A stretch of 64,000 nt of DNA from a virus. Lineage: Duplodnaviria; Heunggongvirae; Uroviricota; Caudoviricetes. Both the position numbers and the translations under genes were made by a program. The notes beneath the pieces are model-generated. The model did not search any database. It worked only from the letters and a program-made list of their open reading frames with translations, and was not told where the DNA came from. Position 1 is the first letter of the stretch, and each line of letters begins with the position of its first letter. Location: the IMG/VR virus record IMGVR_UViG_3300032335_000499; one strand, written 5' to 3'. This document shows, one piece after another, positions 8,833 to 18,019 of this stretch.

Positions 8833-10617
8833 TTAGATTTGCATACCGCCGCCTACAGGCCCTGCTGCTCCGCCTGGCACAGCTTCTCCGCCTGCACTAT
8901 CAACTGGCCCTGCAACATCCGGACCTTCAGCAGGTGTTTCTTCAGATGATTCAATTTCATCCGCAGTGTCAATATCAGATTGGAAATCACCAGAGCTAAT
9001 GCCGATATTACGTAAGTCTGAACCAGATGGGTCCATCGGCACTTCTTCTTTGTTTTCTTCTTCCCAAAGCATTTCGTTGCGCTTGATTTCTTCTTCGGTC
9101 AATCCTAAGAATCTTTCGAGTGCAAAACGTTTTGAGATATAAGGGAGGGTCTCCATAGCAGTGAAGGTACTTACTCTAGCATTGTCTAGTTCACTTTGAC
9201 GGTATGCAGCAAAGTTTTGAGGAGGATTAAACATGATACTAAACATTTGAGTATCAATATTAAAACCTCTCCAGCGCAAGAACAACTTGAATTCTTCATC
9301 AAGTTTCATAGCCATGTAGTTCTGTAAACGTTCGCAGTACTGATTGAATCTGAATTCTTGAATCATTGCAGTACCGACACGACCGTCGCTTAATGGAGTG
9401 GTATTGTCATCTGGTCCAGTTGGAAGATATGATGACGGTACACGAAGACCACGAGCAAGACGATTGTTGAAATATTTCAAGTCATCGATTTCGCCTAAGT
9501 TCTGTCCTCCTGGAAGAACTTCAACACTTGAACCACGACCTTCTGCTGTAACTGGGAAGAAATAGTCTTCGTTCATTGATAGCGGGTTATATGTAGCATC
9601 AACTACGCTTGAGCCGCCATATAGTGAAGGGATTCTGCGCTGGTGAATTTCATTCTTAACACGCTCAACGAATGCCATAGCCATGTGACTTGGCATGTTA
9701 CCAACGTCAATCTTGAACATTCTACGTTCAGGAGCACGTTGTACACGATAGATTAGAACAGCATCTTCTAGTAGTTCTTTCTGCTTGTAAACTTTAAAGA
9801 TGTTTTCAAGAATTGACTGACCGAAAGGCCAGAATCTGTCAAGCCCTTCAGTTAGCGACAAATGAACAATATGCTTTGCATCTACCGCAGCTTCACTCTG
9901 TCCTAAAGTAAAGCGTGAGCCAGTAGTATTATATGGCATCGCAGGCACTGTATATGGAGTGTTGGTGCCGCCGCCACTGCCCCCTAATCCAGTTGCTGGA
10001 TTAGCTGCAAAGTCAGTATTCGTTTTTTGTGCAACGCTCAAATTCTGTAGGTTGATATTGATGTCTTTAATGACATACTGTTCAGGCTTTTTGCCTTCAC
10101 TTTCGTTAACAATTACCTTAATAACCTTAACCATGTCAATCCAGTAAAGCTTAAAGTTTTCTGGGTCACGGACGAATGCTTGATCTCCGTACTTAACTAC
10201 GTTGCGGAAAATCTTAAACATACGAACATCAAACTCGTTTAGTTTACACCACTGCTGTAATTGCTTTGTCAACAGTTCTACTTCATGAGGAGTAGGATCA
10301 TCTTTGAATTCAAAGCTGAATGGAGTCTTATTGTGTTCGTTACGTTGGGTAGAGAATTCTGCAATGATGTCTAAACAAGCGTTGATTTCAGCATCAACAT
10401 CCATCATTTCATATTGATTGTAACGTTCGATTCTGTTAGGGTGACCAGTGTAGACTTCTGGAAGTCTTGACATGTAATTCTTGTAGCCAAAATCAGTGTT
10501 ACTATAACCACCTGACATTGATCCATCTTGACCGTTCCAAGCACCAGCATTGCTGTTCATGCCGGAGATAGGGCTTGACATCCCGCTCTTGTTCAAAAAC
10601 TTCTTTTTATATGACAT
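8833..10617 (-). CDS. gp20: Portal protein, gp20-like
   Basis: LLEDAVLIYRVQRAPERRMFKIDVGNMP, EDYFFP, LPGGQNLGEIDDLKYF, LRVPSS motifs. Confidence 0.96.
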   Translation of the reverse strand: MSYKKKFLNKSGMSSPISGMNSNAGAWNGQDGSMSGGYSNTDFGYKNYMSRLPEVYTGHPNRIERYNQYEMMDVDAEINACLDIIAEFSTQRNEHNKTPFSFEFKDDPTPHEVELLTKQLQQWCKLNEFDVRMFKIFRNVVKYGDQAFVRDPENFKLYWIDMVKVIKVIVNESEGKKPEQYVIKDININLQNLSVAQKTNTDFAANPATGLGGSGGGTNTPYTVPAMPYNTTGSRFTLGQSEAAVDAKHIVHLSLTEGLDRFWPFGQSILENIFKVYKQKELLEDAVLIYRVQRAPERRMFKIDVGNMPSHMAMAFVERVKNEIHQRRIPSLYGGSSVVDATYNPLSMNEDYFFPVTAEGRGSSVEVLPGGQNLGEIDDLKYFNNRLARGLRVPSSYLPTGPDDNTTPLSDGRVGTAMIQEFRFNQYCERLQNYMAMKLDEEFKLFLRWRGFNIDTQMFSIMFNPPQNFAAYRQSELDNARVSTFTAMETLPYISKRFALERFLGLTEEEIKRNEMLWEEENKEEVPMDPSGSDLRNIGISSGDFQSDIDTADEIESSEETPAEGPDVAGPVDSAGGEAVPGGAAGPVGGGMQI

Positions 10618-10638
10618 TTGGTAATTCTCTCAGTGTAG

Positions 10639-10647
10639 TATTTAGTG
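10639..10647 (-). promoter_or_regulatory. Late promoter CACTAAATA for portal gene
   Basis: TAAATA box 21 nt upstream of portal ATG. Confidence 0.7.
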
Positions 10648-13600
10648 TTATGCCATAGAATGTTTTAATATCTTGTGGTTGGTATCTTGACTATCTTCTA
10701 GTACACCAATCACATTATCAAACTTTTTAGCCAAATCTAATATCATTTCCCGACTTAAGAAAGTAGTTTCATCTCTAGCAGGGCGGTCACCGTCTTTAGT
10801 TGCAGATTTACGTAATGCAGAAAAAGTCATATTAGAGACTTCACTTGATGATTGAGCTAATTTGTTAAGTACTGAGTTTGGCGTGGATGGAATTACCATT
10901 TCAGTTCCGTGCATTTCGATTGGGTACCCGGATTTAGGTCCGGTGAAAACGCCACCTTTACGAGCCTTAAGCACTTCTTCTTTACCTACTTTAAAGCCTT
11001 CTACCTTTTCCATTGCATTCAACATCGATTGTCGCTGAGAAGGATTCAGTGATGCTAGTGGTGTGCTAGCTGGGACGCCGACTGCCTTAGCAACGGTGTT
11101 TACATACATTTTAGTATCGTTTTCACTCTCAGGAGCGTAACGTGCGATAGCGCGGGAAATGTCTAGATTTTTGTATCCCGAGCCCTCAAACAGCAAGGAT
11201 TCTTTTGCTTTTCTACCATCTGCATAGGTAGGGAATACTGCAAATCTTCCATCCGTTCCAATTGCTCCATGCTTTTCTGCAAAACCGCCCTTTGACCAAA
11301 CTATATTTCCTGGATTGTTGTTTCTCCAGTTTCTAGAACCTATTCTTTTTACTATCTTACCCGACGAATCTTGTATAGTAGTGAAGCCTTTACCAGCTTC
11401 GACAACTTTACTAAACCCTGTAATCCCCAATGCTGAAGCTATAGCTGTACCGGCGGCGCCTACTATATCGGCACCAGCACTGATTGCAGTATCTAATAGG
11501 CTGGGTCCCGTGGATGACAGAATTGCTATACCTTTTGCAAAGTTAAAAAATGCAGTTGAGTTTTTCAGAGCATTTTCACCGAACTTCATTTCAGTGAAAC
11601 GCTTAAAACTTTCCATTGGTCCCTCACGCTGGAATAACTTATACAGGGCAGCGCCGGCTATAGTACTGACTGCATCTAGTAATCCTGGACCTCCTTTATA
11701 AGAGGACATTGCTTCTGAAAATAGTACGAATGATTTAGCATTAATTTCCGTTTTCTTTTTGTTAATGTCCAAATGAGAAAAGTATACAGCTTGTTCTAAT
11801 GGCGGCTTAACACCAAAAAACTTTGCAGTAGCATCAGCTAACACAGTTCCAATTGCGCCAACATCACTACCTAATCCTTCATATGATGCCATGGCTTCGG
11901 CAAAATATTTAAATGCAAGCGCATTATTCTTTGTTTGTTTTGCGTCAATTGGTAACTCAGAGAATTCTACTAACTGTTCTACGGGTGTTTGTGATCCAAA
12001 TAATGATCCGAATGATTCGGATATACCCTTAATTGCGTTACCGATTCCACTCAGTGCGCCTAAGCCTGCTATTGCAGCCATTGCTTTAGCAAATGATATT
12101 AGCGCCTCACTATTATCCTCAACTCGTTTAGGGTCAATGTCAAGAATTGACATAGTGAACAACATATGGGCGATGTCTTCGAACGGATCTTTTCCGCCGG
12201 TAAGTAGTTTTGCTAAGCTTCCGATTGCAGAGGCTACCGTTCCTGCACCCATTGCAAGTATACCGGCACCAAGTCCTACCATACCTAAACCTACACCTAG
12301 CAAGTTCATTGGGTCAACTTTTTTGAATGACTGTAAACCTTCACCGAATGATGGTAGAGCTTTACTAAAAATCCAAACTGCGCCGGCTATACCTGCACCG
12401 AACTCAGTAATAGCTACTGCTAATGCGCCTGCTCCCTTTATTACTCCGGGTGCTGCTGCCCCTGCATCAGATAGTGATTTTGCAATGCCTTTAATTGCAC
12501 CGCCTATACCCTTCTTTGCAGGTTCAACTGTTGCGCCTTTATCTCCGGCTAGTTTCCACATCCTAGCGTCTCTAGCTGCGCCCCTTAATGGTTTACCGTT
12601 TTTATCTAGAAGCTGGTCTTCTTGGATGCGTACTGGCGCTGCACTTGGAGTAGCTGATGGTGCAGCGCCCGGAGTAGCTGCGGCGCCGGGAATAGCTGCT
12701 GCATCACCTTTCTTAAAGAATGAAAGCAGACCTGACAAACCTTTAGCTGCCACTACTGTTGCTAATCCAGCAGCCGCTAGTGCAGCAAGTCCACCAAACG
12801 CTTTAAGCATTCCCATATTACCTAAGAACGGATTCATCGACGCAGCAAGTTCATCTACTACTAACTTAGCCTTACGCTCTGCTTCAACTAAGTCATTGCG
12901 CATTTCCTGAGCAGGGTCTGTCGCAGCTACCCCTGTTCCTGCTTGGTTGGCCTTAACCGCTGCTGCGGCGCGACCCGCCTCAGTTCGCAAATCATATTTC
13001 ATTTGCTGGTTTAGCTTAGCAATAGTTTCTTGGTCGTATCCGTATGCTTTTTGTAAATCTTCTGACATCCCGACCGTGCGTTGGTCAAGGTTGTCTAACG
13101 TCTTTTGCATTCCAATTTTAATGTCTTGAGCTAATGAACCTTTTTGTAGGGTATTATTTTTTGCTGCGGCAATTGATTTATCTAAATCAACACCATACAT
13201 CTTGAATTTAGCACTTTGAGCAGATGTGACGCCAGTCAAGAATTGCTGTTGGGCGGCAGCTTTCATCTCTGCGCTTAATGCGGATTGTTGCAATTCATTA
13301 TTAAACTGTTCGAACCCTGCTTTCTCACGGTCAATTCGGTCAAGGTCTGCTTGTGCTGCCCGTTTTTCACTGTCAGTTTTGGCTTCTCTTAGTCTCGTAT
13401 TTGCAGCTTTGCGTTCTTCCTCCCACTTGTTCTGTTGGAGTGCAACTTCCATAGAAGCCATAAGAGTTTCACGTTCTTTGGCTACTGTTGCTGTATCTTT
13501 ACCTGTTATCTCAGCTAATTCGTATAGGTTTCTAGTATAGTTTAATGCTGCTTTTTGTAAGCCACTCTGTGTTTTTAAATTGCCGGAGAATGCAGCACCG

Positions 13601-14394
13601 GATTTATTCATCATACTGATGTAGTCAGCTAGAGCTTGGTTTCTTTCTTGGTCTCCCATACCGAGACGCTTGAATTCTCTACGTGTACCTTCGCTAACAG
13701 CCGCAAGTTGACCAAACTTTTTGATACCCTCAGACTGAGAACCCCCTAATCCAGCAAAGCCCCCTTGTACGGACTTCATTGGAGTTATAAGTTTATCTAA
13801 TTCGGCTGAGGCTAGACCAGCGCCAGCACCCATCTTTCGTATTTCTTCAACCGTAAACGTTCCGGCTGCGCCTAATCTAGAAATCTCATCGGTTGCACTG
13901 AATAAGGCATCTGCTTGTTTAGATTGATAGTCTAGGACAATCGAGCCAACTTTTAATGCTCCTCCAAAGAGGGTTCCTAAAACTCCAAAACTCTTGCCTA
14001 ATTCAAACGCTGAATCGCCCATCTTAGTGATGGCGTCGCCGTATTTCCCGAATCCTTCTTCAGCACTTAATAGTTTGTCTTTAAAACTTCTAAGAGCTTG
14101 TCCGGAAGAATGTGCTGCTGCTGCAAAGTGTTTTGCAGCGTCATTCATATTTTGACTTGACTTTTTCTGTATTTCGTCTAGTTTAGTTACAGAACCACCA
14201 AGTTTATTAATTGACTGCGTATTATTATTTTGAGAGGTAGTGCTTTTTGAAGTTGCATCCGCTGCATTTTTCATTGCAGGAGCTACCGATGTCATGGAAC
14301 TTGCCAAACCAGACATAGCGGTAGCTTGCTGCGATAGCATTTCATTTAGCTGCCTTATCTGTTCGTTAAGTTCTTTTACTACATCTGGATCCAT
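10648..14394 (-). CDS. Tape-measure/hub-like protein paralogue A with C-terminal lysozyme-like domain
   Basis: Ala/Gly-rich helical repeats with hydrophobic segments; NWRNNNPGNI...GRFAVFPT...YAPESENDT...MEKVEG domain; C-terminal ARKGGVFTGPKSGYPIEMHGTEMVIP. Confidence 0.75.
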   Translation of the reverse strand: MDPDVVKELNEQIRQLNEMLSQQATAMSGLASSMTSVAPAMKNAADATSKSTTSQNNNTQSINKLGGSVTKLDEIQKKSSQNMNDAAKHFAAAAHSSGQALRSFKDKLLSAEEGFGKYGDAITKMGDSAFELGKSFGVLGTLFGGALKVGSIVLDYQSKQADALFSATDEISRLGAAGTFTVEEIRKMGAGAGLASAELDKLITPMKSVQGGFAGLGGSQSEGIKKFGQLAAVSEGTRREFKRLGMGDQERNQALADYISMMNKSGAAFSGNLKTQSGLQKAALNYTRNLYELAEITGKDTATVAKERETLMASMEVALQQNKWEEERKAANTRLREAKTDSEKRAAQADLDRIDREKAGFEQFNNELQQSALSAEMKAAAQQQFLTGVTSAQSAKFKMYGVDLDKSIAAAKNNTLQKGSLAQDIKIGMQKTLDNLDQRTVGMSEDLQKAYGYDQETIAKLNQQMKYDLRTEAGRAAAAVKANQAGTGVAATDPAQEMRNDLVEAERKAKLVVDELAASMNPFLGNMGMLKAFGGLAALAAAGLATVVAAKGLSGLLSFFKKGDAAAIPGAAATPGAAPSATPSAAPVRIQEDQLLDKNGKPLRGAARDARMWKLAGDKGATVEPAKKGIGGAIKGIAKSLSDAGAAAPGVIKGAGALAVAITEFGAGIAGAVWIFSKALPSFGEGLQSFKKVDPMNLLGVGLGMVGLGAGILAMGAGTVASAIGSLAKLLTGGKDPFEDIAHMLFTMSILDIDPKRVEDNSEALISFAKAMAAIAGLGALSGIGNAIKGISESFGSLFGSQTPVEQLVEFSELPIDAKQTKNNALAFKYFAEAMASYEGLGSDVGAIGTVLADATAKFFGVKPPLEQAVYFSHLDINKKKTEINAKSFVLFSEAMSSYKGGPGLLDAVSTIAGAALYKLFQREGPMESFKRFTEMKFGENALKNSTAFFNFAKGIAILSSTGPSLLDTAISAGADIVGAAGTAIASALGITGFSKVVEAGKGFTTIQDSSGKIVKRIGSRNWRNNNPGNIVWSKGGFAEKHGAIGTDGRFAVFPTYADGRKAKESLLFEGSGYKNLDISRAIARYAPESENDTKMYVNTVAKAVGVPASTPLASLNPSQRQSMLNAMEKVEGFKVGKEEVLKARKGGVFTGPKSGYPIEMHGTEMVIPSTPNSVLNKLAQSSSEVSNMTFSALRKSATKDGDRPARDETTFLSREMILDLAKKFDNVIGVLEDSQDTNHKILKHSMA

Positions 14395-14410
14395 TGTGTC
14401 GCTCTCGTTT

Positions 14411-14418
14411 TATTTAGT
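14411..14418 (-). promoter_or_regulatory. Late promoter ACTAAATA for paralogue A
   Basis: TAAATA box in the 28-nt intergenic gap. Confidence 0.65.
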
Positions 14419-14422
14419 AAGT

Positions 14423-17400
14423 TTAGGCTCTAGCAACCTTAAGTCTCTTGTCGGTAGTACTATTAGTATTTTCTAAGATATCAAGCATTTTCGAAACCTT
14501 ACCAGTTATCATGCTATACAATTCTAAGTTCATTGCACCTTGTTCTGAAGGTGTGGTGGCAGCGGGTTTAGCTTTAGATGCATTAGCTGTTTTTGCAGTA
14601 GCTTTCATTTCTTCTTCGGTTGTTTTAGCTAATTTCATAAGAATTGAATTAGTGTTTAGCGGAGCTTTTATTTCACTCCCTGGCATTTTAGCATCAGCTA
14701 ACCTTGATTGTGTGGAGGCAAGCTGGTTTAGACCGTCAACATTTATCCCTAACATTTGTATCTTAGCTGCCATTTCCGGATTAATTTTACCGGTTCCGCC
14801 AAGCAATGCACTTAAATCACTCGATTCAGAACGAGAAAGTTTACTGAGTTCCGGATGAGCAGACATAAAAACATCATACTCTTTTTTACCTACTACTCGT
14901 CCGTTAATTGTGTACTTTTCAGTTCCAGAGCTTTCACTACCTGTACTGATTTGATTACTCTCATCACTCTCAAGTGCGGGTGACGAAGATGCACTGCTTG
15001 CAGGTTGTGCAGCCGAGGGCTGCACAGCTGGTGCTTTAGCAGGTGCTGGAGTAGACTGTGCTGATCCGGCGCTCGGTGCTGCTGCCGAAGCTGCTGCCGG
15101 GGCTGCTGCGGGTGCGGATGTCGAAGATGCTGGGCTAGCGGGCGCTGCGGCTGCGGCTTCAGCGGCTTTATTTGTTTGGCGTGCTAAACCTACGCCTTGT
15201 GCGTATTTCAAAAATGCATTTGCATTTGCGGCTGCATTTGGTCCAAAGTCTTTATTAGCAAATTTACCAAAGGCTTCGATAGGACCATCTAAACCAAATA
15301 AGCTGCCAAATGCTGCGCCTGCTAAGGTACTTATAGTATCAATTAGTCCAGGACCGCCCTTGTATGAAGCCATTGCATTTGAAAATGCAACGAATGCTTT
15401 AGAGTTTATATCTGCCTTTTTAGGATTAATGTTTAAATGAGAAAAATATACAAATTTTTCTAAAGGAGGCTTGACTCCAAAGAACTTGGCCGTTGAGTCT
15501 GCCAAAGCAGTACTAATTGCGCCCAATCCACTGCCTAACCCTTCGTAAGAAGACAACGCTTCTGAAAACAGTTTGAATGCAGTGGCGTTGTTTTTAGTTT
15601 TCTTTGCATCAATGTCTAAGTGAGAAAAGTCAACAACGTCTTGATAAGGAGGGTCGCCGCCAAAGAATGCAGTAATGCCTTCAGTCATGCCCTGCACCAT
15701 AGAGCCTATGCCGGACACTGCGCCCAAAGCAGATACTTTAGCCATTGCTTTAGAAAATACTACCAATGTATCTGAATTTTCTATTACTTTGTCTTTATCA
15801 AAATCCAAACTCTGCATTTTTAGAATTTGTGATGTAACTGTATCCAGTGGATCTTTTTCTTCTGTAAAGAAGTTAACTAGATTGCCGATTGAGCCTAATA
15901 CTTTACTGCCACCCATTGCTAGCAGACCAGCACCAAGACCTGCCATACCTAACCCTACTGGCTTTAGATTTTCACCATCAACTTCATTGAATGTTGTTAG
16001 TCCTTCAGCAAGAGTCGGCAATGACTTGCCTAATATCCAAGTTGCTCCGGCAACACCTCCCCCAATTGCAACTATAGAAGCTGCTAATGCGGCACCGCCT
16101 TTGATTACGTTGCCAGATTGTTTACCTGCGGCTGAAAATCCATCAGTAATTCCACGCAAGAACACTTCAATCGAAGAACCACCGGCAACCTTTTGCAAGT
16201 CTTGCGCTGCTTTATCATTTCCGGTATCCGCTAATGCAGAACCACTATCTGCTACATCAGATGTTTTGCCCTTGCCGAACAATCCTCCGACTTTTTGAAT
16301 GAGTGACTTTCCACCTGACCAAACTGCGGATCCGGCTGCTCCGGCGGCAATTACTGCTAGTACTGCGCCGGCTGCCAATGCTGCTCCAGCTAATAATTTT
16401 AACCCACCCATGTTGCCTAACAAAGGATTAAATTGAGCAGCCAAGTCATCGATTTTTAATCGTAGCGAACGTTCAGCTTCAGTGAGATCATTTCTAGCCT
16501 CTTGTGCCGGATCTAATGCAGCGGCACCTGTTCCTGCTTGATTGGCTCCTACATTAGCATTTGCTACTGCTGCTTGGTTGCGATAATCGGTTTCCGACTG
16601 TTGGGTCGTTCTTCCGATCATTTCTATATTGTTTCCGCCGACGGCTGCTGCCGCATCGGGAGCCAATGCAAGCACAGGACCAAACGTGTTGAGTGTATCT
16701 TGGAATCCGGTCTTTAATGATTGTGCGAGTTCACCAGCTTGTAAAGTATTATCTTTAGACTTCTGGATCATGCCTTCCATATCGACACCCCAAATTGCAA
16801 ACTGAGAACTTGTTCTGTTGATAGTTCCAGTTAGATACTGATTCTGGGCAGCGGCGATTTGTTCTTGGTTTAATCCAGCTTGTTTTAATTCGTTATTAAA
16901 TTGTTCAAAGCCTGCTTCTTCTTTAGATATGCGTTCAAGATCAGCACTGGCGGCGGCACGTTCTTCTTCGGTTGTTGCGTTTTGTAGTCTTTTTTGCGCA
17001 TTGATTCTTTCGGATTCCCATTTGTTTTTTTGGAGCGCAACCTCCATAGTAGCCATTTGAGTTTCACGTTCTTTTTTAGCAGTTTCGACATCCTTGCCGG
17101 TCATTTCTGCTAACTCATATAGATTTCTCGTATATGCTAAAGCAGCTTTTTGCAATCCACCTTGTGTTGCTAAATTGCCTGATACTGCTGTACCAGACTT
17201 GTTCATCATCGTTACGAAATCAGCAAGTGCCTGATTTCTTTCTTGGTCTCCCATACCAAGACGTTTGAATTCTCTACGGACATCTTCACTGACCGCAGTC
17301 ATTTCACCGAATTTTTTAATTCCCTCTGAGGTTGTTCCGCCTAGTGCAACAAAACCACCTTCCACTGATTGCATTGGCTTAGTTAGTTTTTCGAGTTCTA

Positions 17401-17989
17401 GTGAGGAGAGACCTGCACCTCTACCCATCTGCCTAACTTGCTCAACTGAAAATGTACCTGCGGCTCCCATTCGGGAAATTGCATCAGTAGCATTAAGCAG
17501 ACCGTCGGCTTGTTGAGTTTGGTACTGTAATACTTCTGAGCCTACTTTAAATAGACCACCGATAATGAATCCAAAAATACCAAAGCTTTTACCAACACTA
17601 AATGCTGCATCGCCTAACCCACCAATAGTAGAATTGTACTTTGCAAAGCCTTCTTGAGTGCCCAATACTGATAGTATAAAACTACCTAATGCATTAGTGC
17701 TTGAACTATATGCAGCGGAAAAATTAGCAGATACGTTCTGCATAACCTCGCCGTACTTCTCGTTTGACCGTTGAAGTGCAGTGGTGGCAGTTGCATTTTG
17801 GTTAGAACTTTGCTCATTTTCTTTTTGAGCTTTAGTTAATTGATTGGTAGAGTTGCCTGCGTTTTTTACAGCTAGATTAGAATCATTTATTGCCCTAGCC
17901 ATTCCAGTCAAAGCGGCGGTTTGCTGAGACATCATCTCATTCAAATTTCGAAGCTGTTCTTCTAGTTCTCTAGTTACTTCTGGATCCAT
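14423..17989 (-). CDS. Tape-measure/hub-like protein paralogue B, no recognisable enzyme domain
   Basis: Collinear with A and C (MDPEV.ELEEQ, RREFKRLGMGDQERNQ, DPAQEARNDL); Ala/Pro/Ser linker in the cassette position. Confidence 0.75.
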   Translation of the reverse strand: MDPEVTRELEEQLRNLNEMMSQQTAALTGMARAINDSNLAVKNAGNSTNQLTKAQKENEQSSNQNATATTALQRSNEKYGEVMQNVSANFSAAYSSSTNALGSFILSVLGTQEGFAKYNSTIGGLGDAAFSVGKSFGIFGFIIGGLFKVGSEVLQYQTQQADGLLNATDAISRMGAAGTFSVEQVRQMGRGAGLSSLELEKLTKPMQSVEGGFVALGGTTSEGIKKFGEMTAVSEDVRREFKRLGMGDQERNQALADFVTMMNKSGTAVSGNLATQGGLQKAALAYTRNLYELAEMTGKDVETAKKERETQMATMEVALQKNKWESERINAQKRLQNATTEEERAAASADLERISKEEAGFEQFNNELKQAGLNQEQIAAAQNQYLTGTINRTSSQFAIWGVDMEGMIQKSKDNTLQAGELAQSLKTGFQDTLNTFGPVLALAPDAAAAVGGNNIEMIGRTTQQSETDYRNQAAVANANVGANQAGTGAAALDPAQEARNDLTEAERSLRLKIDDLAAQFNPLLGNMGGLKLLAGAALAAGAVLAVIAAGAAGSAVWSGGKSLIQKVGGLFGKGKTSDVADSGSALADTGNDKAAQDLQKVAGGSSIEVFLRGITDGFSAAGKQSGNVIKGGAALAASIVAIGGGVAGATWILGKSLPTLAEGLTTFNEVDGENLKPVGLGMAGLGAGLLAMGGSKVLGSIGNLVNFFTEEKDPLDTVTSQILKMQSLDFDKDKVIENSDTLVVFSKAMAKVSALGAVSGIGSMVQGMTEGITAFFGGDPPYQDVVDFSHLDIDAKKTKNNATAFKLFSEALSSYEGLGSGLGAISTALADSTAKFFGVKPPLEKFVYFSHLNINPKKADINSKAFVAFSNAMASYKGGPGLIDTISTLAGAAFGSLFGLDGPIEAFGKFANKDFGPNAAANANAFLKYAQGVGLARQTNKAAEAAAAAPASPASSTSAPAAAPAAASAAAPSAGSAQSTPAPAKAPAVQPSAAQPASSASSSPALESDESNQISTGSESSGTEKYTINGRVVGKKEYDVFMSAHPELSKLSRSESSDLSALLGGTGKINPEMAAKIQMLGINVDGLNQLASTQSRLADAKMPGSEIKAPLNTNSILMKLAKTTEEEMKATAKTANASKAKPAATTPSEQGAMNLELYSMITGKVSKMLDILENTNSTTDKRLKVARA

Positions 17990-18010
17990 TTACCTACCAA
18001 TACTTAATAG

Positions 18011-18018
18011 TATTTAAC
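18011..18018 (-). promoter_or_regulatory. Late promoter GTTAAATA for paralogue B
   Basis: TAAATA box in the 30-nt intergenic gap. Confidence 0.6.
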
Positions 18019-18019
18019 G

